Below, in pieces: positions 18,645 through 26,745 of a stretch of DNA of 32,000 nucleotides (its first letter is position 1; each line of letters starts with the position of its first letter). Source of the stretch: Candidatus Omnitrophota bacterium (GTDB lineage Bacteria > Omnitrophota > Gorgyraeia > Zapsychrales > JANLHA01); the NCBI GenBank assembly GCA_963662715.1, contig OY759724.1:630001-662000 (forward strand), in the 5' to 3' direction. The notes beneath the pieces were generated by a model, which was given only the letters and a program-made list of their open reading frames with translations, was not told where the DNA came from and did not search any database. The position numbers were made by a program, and so were the translations under genes.

Positions 18645-19178
18645 TTAAGACTTTTTAATGCAACGTTCTATCATTCCGGCCAGGACTTCGGCTAAAAGGA
18701 AAAAACTCGGTTTTTGCGCAATCCGGTATTTCTCGTCGTTTAAAACAATACTTCTGGCGTGAAGTAACCGCGCGATCCGGCGTTTAAGGATGATCTTGCT
18801 ATTATAGTTCTTATATAAATGCTCCAAGCTGATGCCGGCAGGGTGATATCTGTAAATCTCCCGGATCAACCTTAAACGGATGGAGGATTCATAGGGGCCG
18901 AAGACGCATAAAATGTAAAGGAAACTCAGCAAGCCGTAAACAGCCCAGGCGACCAAAAGGTAGCCGACATCATCCATGCTGACCCGGCTCAGAATGATAT
19001 CCCGTCCCTCCCGAATAAATAAACCAACCGGGACCAGACTTACGAGAAAAAAAATACGCATCGTCCATTTAAGAACGCCGCCTTCGCCGACAAAACGGAA
19101 GGAGATAAAATGGATCAGGATAAAAATCACAAAACTGACAGCCGCTGTCATGAGAGTTGTCAGGTCCGCACTCATCAT
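18645..19178 (-). CDS. Small membrane protein with 3 N-terminal TM helices and a ~85-aa soluble, winged-helix-like tail; paralogue of 19179-19685
   Basis: The TM segments are LMTAAVSFVIFILIHFISF, MRIFFLVSLVPVGLFI and VGYLLVAWAVYGLLSFLYILCVFG. They are followed by PYESSIRLRLIREIY...GISLEHL...RRIARLL. The ATG directly abuts the upstream TAA. Confidence 0.7.
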   Translation of the reverse strand: MMSADLTTLMTAAVSFVIFILIHFISFRFVGEGGVLKWTMRIFFLVSLVPVGLFIREGRDIILSRVSMDDVGYLLVAWAVYGLLSFLYILCVFGPYESSIRLRLIREIYRYHPAGISLEHLYKNYNSKIILKRRIARLLHARSIVLNDEKYRIAQKPSFFLLAEVLAGMIERCIKKS

Positions 19179-19685
19179 TTATCCGCCCCATCCCCGGCCG
19201 CTCAATTTCTGGTAGAGTTCAAGCCACTGCGCGACACGCACTCCCGGGGCCGTTAACCAGATAAGGCCTCCCTCCTCACGGATATATTCCGTCAAGAACA
19301 AGTCGTCCAGCCTCGGGCGGATGAGCCTGTCATTATCGATGACCGCGGTTATTTCTTCAAACGTCATCCCGTCCTTTTCTTTAAGAGACATCATCAGCAG
19401 GCGGGACGGGCTTTCAACCTTGGTTCCGAAATAAAAAATGAGATAAACCGGAACAAGCAAAACATATAGGAGCAGAGCACATCCCCACAAAGGCGTTGAC
19501 CAGAAACTCTTTCCGTCCGGACCGGCTTCAACCTGAATGAACAAAAGCAGGAACAACAGCCCGCCGGCAGCAATCGCAAAGAATGATCTGATATGCAGCC
19601 GGTCTTCCTTTTGAAAGCGGCACCATATTAAATGGACAAAGATATCTGTCATAAAAACCAATGACATCGTCACAAGAGAATACAT
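19179..19685 (-). CDS. Small membrane protein with 3 N-terminal TM helices and a ~85-aa soluble tail; paralogue of 18645-19178
   Basis: It has the same architecture as its neighbour. The junction motif FGTKVESPSRLLMMSL...GMTFEEI...RPRLDDLF aligns with FGPYESSIRLRLIREI...GISLEHL...RRIARLL. A GGAG SD sits 7 nt upstream of the ATG. Confidence 0.7.
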   Translation of the reverse strand: MYSLVTMSLVFMTDIFVHLIWCRFQKEDRLHIRSFFAIAAGGLLFLLLFIQVEAGPDGKSFWSTPLWGCALLLYVLLVPVYLIFYFGTKVESPSRLLMMSLKEKDGMTFEEITAVIDNDRLIRPRLDDLFLTEYIREEGGLIWLTAPGVRVAQWLELYQKLSGRGWGG

Positions 19686-19845
19686 TGTTTATCTCCGGTC
19701 ATGAGGGAGTGAAGCAAATCTGTGTCAGGATTTTCGCAAGCAGGTTTTATGGCTCTGTGGTTCATATTCTAAGAGTTTTAACATCCGGACTTTGAGAATG
19801 AGAGGTTCGTCGGGCTCCCGGCCGGAGCCGTCCATCAAGGCCCCC

Positions 19846-20502
19846 TTAAGGAATAAACCAGTAATAGTCCCCGGAATACCCGGCTTCAGCAAAGAATTTT
19901 CTCCACTCATCAACATGCATATACGTCAGGGCCGTAAGATTCCACATATCCATGCGTTTTCTCTCTTCCTCGTTGCGGTAAGCATCCACGGTGATAAAGG
20001 CAAACCGGCGGGTCACCCGCTGAATTTCCTGCACAGCCTTCTGACAGGCTTCAGACGGGAGGTTATGAATCGTGTTGATCGATATCACTAAATCGAAAGA
20101 ACGGTCCGCAAACGGCAGCGCCTGAGCACCGCCTTTTTGCAGAAAAGGCTTCACCTCCTGTCGGGCATTCCGCAAGGCATAATCCGATACGTCAATACCC
20201 GCGATCTCGACCCCGGGGATCAGCTGCATGAAATCGTACAGCATAAAACCTTTCCCGCATCCGACATCGAGAATCCGGCTGCCGGCTTTCAGGCCGTAAT
20301 GTTTTTGAAAATCAGGGATAACAGGCTGCCAGAAACGGGGCTGATAGGAATAGCCTCCGTAGCCATACCGGCGGTCACCGTCAAAAAAATCCCTGCCGAA
20401 CCGGCGGGCGACGGCCCGTTCCTCATCTGTCTTGCTCTGCTGCCGTTCTTCAAGATTCCGCGGTGTCTGCGGATACTTCGCTAATAAATTAATCTCTCCC
20501 AT
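19846..20502 (-). CDS. Class I SAM-dependent methyltransferase
   Basis: Motif I is ILDVGCGKGFML, with a downstream acidic loop (IAGIDVSDYAL). The N-terminal region ...RFGRDFFDGDRRYGYGGYSYQPRFW is seen in methyltransferases of polysaccharide loci. The track ORF starts at TTG 20508, and I prefer the ATG at 20502. The start is uncertain because there is no clear SD. Confidence 0.75.
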   Translation of the reverse strand: MGEINLLAKYPQTPRNLEERQQSKTDEERAVARRFGRDFFDGDRRYGYGGYSYQPRFWQPVIPDFQKHYGLKAGSRILDVGCGKGFMLYDFMQLIPGVEIAGIDVSDYALRNARQEVKPFLQKGGAQALPFADRSFDLVISINTIHNLPSEACQKAVQEIQRVTRRFAFITVDAYRNEEERKRMDMWNLTALTYMHVDEWRKFFAEAGYSGDYYWFIP

Positions 20503-20544
20503 AGCCAAAGGGTCAATCTTTCGTTCAGGTTAAAGGGACATAAT

Positions 20545-21270
20545 TTAAAAAATACGGACAGGCCTTTTGTTAAAATGCAAATTATGACTTAATTTGATTT
20601 CCCGTATCAGCTTCAGAAATGTCGCAACAACTTCAAAAAAACTTTTTAATTTCAAAGCGCAGCTCCCCTCCACTCCGGTTTGCATATATCCGGGGATTTC
20701 ATGATACGAACAGCCTGAACGCAAACACTTGATTGTCAACTCAGCGATCACGCTGAACCTTTTCGAATTGAGCTTAAAAGACCGGATTCTTTCGGTGGGA
20801 TAAATACAGGGGCTGTTGATATACTGAACGTACACATTAAACACGCACATATACAGCAGGCCGTATAAAGCCGAAATAACGTTACGGAACCGGCCCCGGT
20901 CCTCCTTATTAATAAAATAAGCAAGAATCAAATCCGCCTTATCACAATTTTCAAAAAGTTTTTTTATCAGTTCCGGCGCCATATCATTATCACCCGGCAC
21001 AATCATGAACTTCCCGTACCTGGCCTGCGCAAGAGCATCCTTGATGCAGATACCCAGCCCGGAATTTTCCGCATGCTGAATGCTTCTGACACAGGAATAT
21101 TCCTTTTCTAATTCCTGAATCACATCTCCCGTACGGTCACGGCTTCCGTCATTAACAATGATAATTTCTATTTCGAGAGGGCCGGTGTCCTGCGCCGACC
21201 GAACAACATTGCTGACCGTTGCCCGAAGCATCTCCTCCTCGTTATAGGCCGGGATGACAACTGATACCAT
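20545..21270 (-). CDS. Family 2 glycosyltransferase (GT-A fold), DPM1/GtrB/ArnC-like polyprenyl-phosphate sugar synthase candidate
   Basis: It has VSVVIPAYNEEEML, IIVNDGSRD and an acidic PGDND motif. At 241 aa it shows no obvious C-terminal TM pair. A GAGGG SD sits 7 nt upstream. The gene overlaps the upstream gene by 29 nt. Confidence 0.75.
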   Translation of the reverse strand: MVSVVIPAYNEEEMLRATVSNVVRSAQDTGPLEIEIIIVNDGSRDRTGDVIQELEKEYSCVRSIQHAENSGLGICIKDALAQARYGKFMIVPGDNDMAPELIKKLFENCDKADLILAYFINKEDRGRFRNVISALYGLLYMCVFNVYVQYINSPCIYPTERIRSFKLNSKRFSVIAELTIKCLRSGCSYHEIPGYMQTGVEGSCALKLKSFFEVVATFLKLIREIKLSHNLHFNKRPVRIF

Positions 21271-23026
21271 CGGATACCCTCATAATGCGTTTAAGCTGTT
21301 CTTCCGGCAGCCTGGGATCAAGGTCTTCCAGGCCACCGCCGAATTTCAACATAGGGACGATTTTCTGATCTTTCACAATGTCGACAACACAGAGCACCGG
21401 TCCGGCTGCGGCCAGGACCTGCTGCAGGCCAGGACCTATCCCGGCATGGTTTTTTATATGCGTATAAGGGAGACGGAATCCCTCAGCGATCAATCTGAAA
21501 TCCGGGAAAAACAGCCCGCTCTCCTGGTCAACGGCTGTATAACGGGAATCAAGCCAGGTATCCATCGTCTGCCGCTGAATCCCGTGCCCCTGATTGAACA
21601 TAATAAAAATCTTCACCGGCAGATCATAGCGACGCACCGTTCCCAGCTCCTCAAGGCTCATCATGATCCCGCCGTCGCCGGTTATACAAACAACCGACCG
21701 GCGGCTTGCACAGGCCGCCCCTACGCTGGCCGGCAAAGCATATCCCATCGGGGTATGGTTCCAGGCAGAAAAAATCTTTTGCCGCGGTTTCACCTGAAAT
21801 GTCTGCATGGTCCAGGCCAGGTTGGCCCCGGTATCGGCAACGACCGAAATATTCTCTTCCAGCCGGGCAGAAAGCTCTTTGATAAAAACCACACCGTCCA
21901 CACGGTCTTCCCTGGCATACCGCTCCGGGGGGCAGACCGGGAACATTTCTTTCCATTCTCCGATTTGCGCCCGCCATTCAGCAAAAGGGTCTTCGGGAGA
22001 TGTCTCCGGAGCAGCCCGGAAGACCGTGTCAAAAAAACACGGCAAAGAAACTTTGATCGCTAAATCTAGTTGAAATTCGTTTTCCGTGAATTTCGTCAAC
22101 TCCTCCGGATCAATATCAACCATAACTTTCCGGGCGCAAGGAGCAAAAAGAGCCGGTTTTCCACCGGTGATCATCTGGCATAACCGTGTTCCCAGCGCAA
22201 TGACCAAATCCGCGTTCTGCACGGCGAAATTGCCGGCCCGGGGACCGCAGACGCCGACCCCGCCCATATTCAATGGATGTTGCGCCGGCAGCAAATCTTT
22301 CCCCCCCCATGTCAAGACAACGGGGACATGAAATGTTTTCAAAAAGCGCTCCGCTTGTGCCTCTGTTTTACTTAAGGACACGCCGGCCCCCATGATAACG
22401 ACAGGCCGGCTGGCGTTTTGAATCAGAGAGATAAATTCCCGGACGGCATCTTGAATATCCGGGGCTTCGCTCAAAGGAGGAACGTACGCCTTTAGCTGAT
22501 CCGGATCAATGTCGGCCCGCTGAATATCATCCGGGATGTCAAGGAGAACCGGCCCCGGACGCCCTTCCCTGGCCATAAAAACGGCTTTTTGCAGTTCATA
22601 CTTTATCTCCCGGGGGTCTCCCACCTGTTTAGCGTATTTCGTAATAGACTGAAAAACAGACACCACATCCGTTTCCTGGAATCCCTTCTGCCGCAGGGCC
22701 CGGCTCCGTTTGATACGAAACGTCGCGACCTGTCCGCAAATAAAAATAACCGGGATAGAATCAAAGAAGGCATTGGACACGCTGGTCACAAGGTTGGTCG
22801 CCCCGGGCCCGCTTGTCACCATCACCGCGCCGAGTCCGCCGGAAACGCGTGCATAGCCGTCTGCGGCGGCCCCGGCGCCCTGCTCGTGCTGCGTACACAT
22901 CACCTGAACATCCGGGTGACGCGCCGCTGAGTCAACCGAATGAATAATAGCCCCCCCGGAGACCAGAAAAACATGTCTTATCCCCTGCCGGGCCAGAAAA
23001 TCAACGAGGTAATCTGACAGTTTCAT
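21242..23026 (-). CDS. ThDP-dependent enzyme of the acetolactate-synthase large-subunit / YerE-like family
   Basis: The Pyr domain reads HVFLVSGGAIIHSVD...CTQHEQGAGAAADGYARVSG..GAVMVTSGPGATNLV, with the catalytic Glu in HEQ. The PP-domain motif is ITGDGGIMMSLEELGTVRRYDLPVKIFIMFNQGHG (GDG-X24-N). It is 594 aa, with an ATGA overlap to the upstream gene. Confidence 0.85.
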   Translation of the reverse strand: MKLSDYLVDFLARQGIRHVFLVSGGAIIHSVDSAARHPDVQVMCTQHEQGAGAAADGYARVSGGLGAVMVTSGPGATNLVTSVSNAFFDSIPVIFICGQVATFRIKRSRALRQKGFQETDVVSVFQSITKYAKQVGDPREIKYELQKAVFMAREGRPGPVLLDIPDDIQRADIDPDQLKAYVPPLSEAPDIQDAVREFISLIQNASRPVVIMGAGVSLSKTEAQAERFLKTFHVPVVLTWGGKDLLPAQHPLNMGGVGVCGPRAGNFAVQNADLVIALGTRLCQMITGGKPALFAPCARKVMVDIDPEELTKFTENEFQLDLAIKVSLPCFFDTVFRAAPETSPEDPFAEWRAQIGEWKEMFPVCPPERYAREDRVDGVVFIKELSARLEENISVVADTGANLAWTMQTFQVKPRQKIFSAWNHTPMGYALPASVGAACASRRSVVCITGDGGIMMSLEELGTVRRYDLPVKIFIMFNQGHGIQRQTMDTWLDSRYTAVDQESGLFFPDFRLIAEGFRLPYTHIKNHAGIGPGLQQVLAAAGPVLCVVDIVKDQKIVPMLKFGGGLEDLDPRLPEEQLKRIMRVSDGISCHPGL

Positions 23027-23718
23027 AGACCCTTCTTATCCTTGATGCCGACGCCCATTCCGAAAATATAATGGGCCATCGGCGCATATCCGGTATGCAG
23101 AATTTCATCATTCATCGAAAACATAAACACGTTCTTAAAATACTTTTCCATAAGGCCGCGGAGAGTTTTCTGGCTCTTCAGGTTAATATGCTGCACTTTA
23201 CTGCGGTAGGTGGCGTACCTGTTGGCGGTGATATTGGGGGTCCCGACAATACAGACGCCGTCTCTGTTTAAACAGCGGACCTGATTCTCCATAAAAACTC
23301 TGTTGAGCTTGGGGTCGAGATGTTCTATCACATCTATGGAGAAGATACCGTCAAATATTTCATCCGGGACGGACCGGCAAATGTCCATGTTCTTAAAGAC
23401 AACATTTTTAATCTTTTTCAGCCTTTGCCGGTTTCCTCTAATCAGCCGGTCAACCGGGTCGATCGCCAGGACAGACTGCGCGTGCTGCGCCACCACCGGC
23501 ACGCCGAAACCGTCCCCGCATCCGACCTCCAGCACTTTGGCTTTTCCGTCGAGCATTTTGGCGCAGAATTTATACCGGGCCAAGACAAACCCCAAATGCT
23601 TGGGGTCGTGCAACAGGCTGTAGGATGACCACGGCCCCAGGTTCAATGATGAAATGAACTGATGGTCCGTTCCTAAACGGAGCGCTTCTTGTTGGGATAT
23701 TTTTTTTCTTTTTTTCAT
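23023..23718 (-). CDS. Class I SAM-dependent methyltransferase
   Basis: Motif I is VLEVGCGDGFGVPV, and FSIDVIEHL is the post-II/III motif typical of Methyltransf_11/23-type enzymes. Confidence 0.8.
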   Translation of the reverse strand: MKKRKKISQQEALRLGTDHQFISSLNLGPWSSYSLLHDPKHLGFVLARYKFCAKMLDGKAKVLEVGCGDGFGVPVVAQHAQSVLAIDPVDRLIRGNRQRLKKIKNVVFKNMDICRSVPDEIFDGIFSIDVIEHLDPKLNRVFMENQVRCLNRDGVCIVGTPNITANRYATYRSKVQHINLKSQKTLRGLMEKYFKNVFMFSMNDEILHTGYAPMAHYIFGMGVGIKDKKGL

Positions 23719-23764
23719 AAAACCTGTCTTTCCTGGTTTAACGGTCTCCCCGTATCCGGGGGGA

Positions 23765-24631
23765 TTAATCCATGCTGCCGTGACGCCGGAGCTTATACAT
23801 ATGCGGGTCCTTTTTCAGTTGCCGGATAAGACTGTCAGCCGGCCGGCCTCTCCAGGGGTCGTGGACAACAGAAAAATTCCTTCCCGAGGCAACAGCCTTC
23901 CCCTGACGCACAAGACCATTGATGCAGTCGAATATATCCTGATAGGACGTTCCCTGTTCATGGGTTAAAAACTCTTGCGTCAACCGGTATTTATCAGCAG
24001 AGACATGCGGATCATTAAGAATCAGCTGGTGAATCTTTGTTTTTGTCCACCCCGGTCCCACGATAAAAATATTGAGGTCCTTGTTTTCTTCGTCTAAATA
24101 TTCACACATTTTTATAAGCAAGATCTTGCCAACCGTATAAGCGGAAAAATTCCTGACCGGTTTGTTTACCCCTCCCCCGGCAAAAAAAACAGCATGATGC
24201 TTTTTCCCCTTTTTTCTTAATGGATATAAGAGGTGCAAGACACGCAACTGGGCAAAAGAATTAACGGTCACAGAATCAAGCCAGGCATCAAAATCCGCAT
24301 CAAAAAAAGCCTGTACAGGCCGCGGCTCCCCGACACAGGAAATAAAAATATCCCAAGGAGTTTTTAACGCGGCATACCTGTCATACAAAGTCTGCAGGCT
24401 GCGGCCTTTGGAGATATCACAGCGGATCAGAACACAGCCTTTTTGAGCTTCCAGGGTTTGCAAGGCCCTGGCCTTTGTCCGGTACGTCCCGATAACCCGG
24501 TCGCCGTTCTTCAAGTATTCCCGGGCGAGAAACAGGCCGATATCACTGCTCACGGAAAGGATAAAAACCGTCCTGGGAACTTTCTTTTTTCTCCGTGGCT
24601 GAGCCATACATTCCTTTTCTTCATCCCCCAT
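23765..24631 (-). CDS. SDR-like NAD(P)-binding oxidoreductase with an atypical glycine motif
   Basis: FILSVSSDIGLFLAREY sits in place of TGxxxGIG, and there is a SAYTVGK (YxxxK) catalytic motif. An alternative ATG at 24607 has AAGGAA 3-4 nt upstream. Confidence 0.65.
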   Translation of the reverse strand: MGDEEKECMAQPRRKKKVPRTVFILSVSSDIGLFLAREYLKNGDRVIGTYRTKARALQTLEAQKGCVLIRCDISKGRSLQTLYDRYAALKTPWDIFISCVGEPRPVQAFFDADFDAWLDSVTVNSFAQLRVLHLLYPLRKKGKKHHAVFFAGGGVNKPVRNFSAYTVGKILLIKMCEYLDEENKDLNIFIVGPGWTKTKIHQLILNDPHVSADKYRLTQEFLTHEQGTSYQDIFDCINGLVRQGKAVASGRNFSVVHDPWRGRPADSLIRQLKKDPHMYKLRRHGSMD

Positions 24632-24666
24632 GCCGTATCAGAACCGTCCGACAATATAGCTCCCGC

Positions 24667-25701
24667 CTAGTAAGGACCTAAGAAAGTGTCGGTCGTCAGC
24701 GCGCATTCTTTATTGTAAGGGACGTCCCTGTCCAGTAAATGCAAGACTGTTTCAATAATATTCTGGCAGGAAGGGTAGAACCTGTCTTCCAACGTTTTTG
24801 AAACCGGGCAGGGACTGAAAGCCCACCCGATCCGTTTAACCGGTTTCTTGAGCGAGCCAAAAGCCTGGTCCGCGACAACCGCCGCCACTTCAGCCGAAAA
24901 ACCGCAGCGCAGCCAGTCATTATCAACACATATCAGATGTCCGGTCTTTTTGACGGACTCAATAATCGTCCTTTCGTCCATGGGCTGCAAACTGACCGGG
25001 TCGATGATTTCCAGGTCAATACCGTGCGCCTCTAATATCCCGGCCGCTTTTAAAGCTTCCGGGACCATAAGCGATGTCGCTACGACCGTAACATCTTTTC
25101 CCCGGCGGCAGACATGGGCTTTACCAAAATCAAAGGTGTACATCTCCTCAGAGACAGGACCCACCGTATCATAAAGGGCCCGGGATTCCAGAATAACCAC
25201 CGGCCCGTCTGTCTGCAGGGCCTGCAGTATAAGGCCTTTGGCAAGATACGGCGAACTGGGGACCGCGACATGTAACCCAGGGACGTGCGCGCAAACGGCC
25301 TGAATGTTCTGGGAATGGGTCACCCCCTGCCCCCACCCTTTGCCGACAATGCCACGCACAAGGCAAGGCACCGAAGTCTTGCCCGCGTAAACATATTTCC
25401 ACTTGGCGGCGTTGTTGAGAAGCTGGTCCAGCGCGAGAAACATAAAGTCATTGCGGGCATGCACCATAACAGGTCTTTTTCCATTGACCGCAGCCCCCAA
25501 AGTTATGCCCATAAGGGCTCCTTCGCTCGCAGGCGTGTCAAAAACTCGTTCCGGGCCGAAACGCCGGTAAGCTTCCCTCGTGGTGCCAAAGATCCCCTTA
25601 TAATCATCCACGCCGAGGCCAAAGATGAAGATATCCGGGTCATTGTCCATCGCCTGAACCAAGGCTTCGCTAATCGCATCTTTATAAGACAATGTTCTCA
25701 T
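24667..25701 (-). CDS. 2-oxoacid dehydrogenase E1 component beta-subunit-like (transketolase-like Pyr plus C-terminal domains)
   Basis: MRTLSYKDAISEALVQAMDNDPDIFIFGLGVDD...RVFDTPASEGALMGITLGAA is the canonical E1-beta N terminus. I chose the ATG at 25701 rather than the track start at 25749 because E1-beta proteins begin with this motif. Confidence 0.85.
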   Translation of the reverse strand: MRTLSYKDAISEALVQAMDNDPDIFIFGLGVDDYKGIFGTTREAYRRFGPERVFDTPASEGALMGITLGAAVNGKRPVMVHARNDFMFLALDQLLNNAAKWKYVYAGKTSVPCLVRGIVGKGWGQGVTHSQNIQAVCAHVPGLHVAVPSSPYLAKGLILQALQTDGPVVILESRALYDTVGPVSEEMYTFDFGKAHVCRRGKDVTVVATSLMVPEALKAAGILEAHGIDLEIIDPVSLQPMDERTIIESVKKTGHLICVDNDWLRCGFSAEVAAVVADQAFGSLKKPVKRIGWAFSPCPVSKTLEDRFYPSCQNIIETVLHLLDRDVPYNKECALTTDTFLGPY

Positions 25702-25761
25702 GCGTCTATCTCGTTTCCCAGAAGACCGGAAAATTTGCCCTCCAGGCATTCGGCATTAAAA

Positions 25762-26718
25762 TCAATACACATTTTCCAATAAAGTGTTTCCCTCAGGCCA
25801 GGGGCTCTTCAGGGCTTTCTGATAAGAGGCCTCGGCCTGCCCGCTCCATTCTTTCCGTTTTTCTTCAATTTCGTCTTGCGTCATAATACCCTGCCCCGTG
25901 ATAAACTCCTGCAGCCGCTGAATAGGGCAGCGCTCCATCCAGGACTCCACTTCCTCCTGGCTGCGGTAACCCCGATCATAATCGAATAAAGGGCCGACAT
26001 GTTCGCGTATCCGGTACGTGAGACATTCTAAAAACGCCGGGCCGTCCCCCTGCCGCACCCGCGGGATCAAATCCGAAACGGTTTGATAAAGCCTGACCGC
26101 GTCATTCCCGTCTGTCTGCCGGGACAAGAGTTCCGGGACTCTGATCCTTTCATAAATAGGAGACGGAGGCTGCCGGACACTTAAAGGCGAATGCGTAGAA
26201 TACAAATTGTTTTCACAGACAAAAAGGACCGGCAATTTCTTAAGAACGGCAAAGTTCAGGCTTTCCGAAAAGACGCCTTCTTCAACCGCGGCATCCCCGA
26301 AAAACACAACAGCAATTTTAGGGAGCCTGTCCATGAAGAATGAAAGGGCAGCGCCAACCGCAACCGGAATCATCGCCCCGAGAATCGGGGAAGCAAAAAC
26401 ATGTTTTTCGACACTGGACAAATGCGCTGACCCGGCCCGCCCCCGGCTGGAACCCGTCACCCGGCCGCACAGTTCAGCGAAAAAAGCGTCCAGACAGCCA
26501 CCCCTGGCCAGATAAGCGGCATGGCAGCGGTGAGACACAAAAACCTGGTCCTGCGGTTCGAGAGCCTGGCAGACAGCGGCCGCCACGGCTTCCTGCCCTA
26601 TCGATAGATGCGTCGGCGTCCGCATATTCTGTTCGGCATAAACGCTGACGATTTTTTCTTCCGTCTGCCGGATGCGCAACATCGTCAAAAAAATATTTTT
26701 ATAAGCATCTTCATTCAT
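25762..26718 (-). CDS. ThDP-dependent 2-oxoacid dehydrogenase E1 component alpha-subunit-like
   Basis: It has TPTHLSIGQEAVAAAV and the ThDP motif FFGDAAVEEGVFSESLNFAVLKKLPVLFVCENNLYS (GDA-X-ENN). No E2 or E3 gene is nearby. Confidence 0.85.
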   Translation of the reverse strand: MNEDAYKNIFLTMLRIRQTEEKIVSVYAEQNMRTPTHLSIGQEAVAAAVCQALEPQDQVFVSHRCHAAYLARGGCLDAFFAELCGRVTGSSRGRAGSAHLSSVEKHVFASPILGAMIPVAVGAALSFFMDRLPKIAVVFFGDAAVEEGVFSESLNFAVLKKLPVLFVCENNLYSTHSPLSVRQPPSPIYERIRVPELLSRQTDGNDAVRLYQTVSDLIPRVRQGDGPAFLECLTYRIREHVGPLFDYDRGYRSQEEVESWMERCPIQRLQEFITGQGIMTQDEIEEKRKEWSGQAEASYQKALKSPWPEGNTLLENVY

Positions 26719-26745
26719 GATTCGAGGATGGCCTCTTTCCCAAAT

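Noticed and set aside
19686-19845. A 160-bp gap after the methyltransferase gene, containing a GC hairpin (GGCTCC 19813-19818 with GGAGCC 19824-19829) and the 63-aa ORF 19725-19916.
   Set aside because: The hairpin is not followed by a T-tract on the minus strand, so it is not a canonical terminator. I found no convincing -35/-10 pair. The ORF overlaps the methyltransferase 3' end out of frame and lacks an SD. This could be a minor RNA processing or stability element, but the evidence is insufficient.
21254-22063. Long plus-strand ORFs antisense to the operon genes: 21254-22063 (269 aa), 8913-9440, 25285-25782, 17609-18097, 2979-3347 and others.
   Set aside because: Each lies entirely inside a minus-strand gene that has clear family motifs. 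Their translations are low-complexity and rich in R/P/G/S, with no recognisable motifs and no SD. They are typical shadow ORFs.
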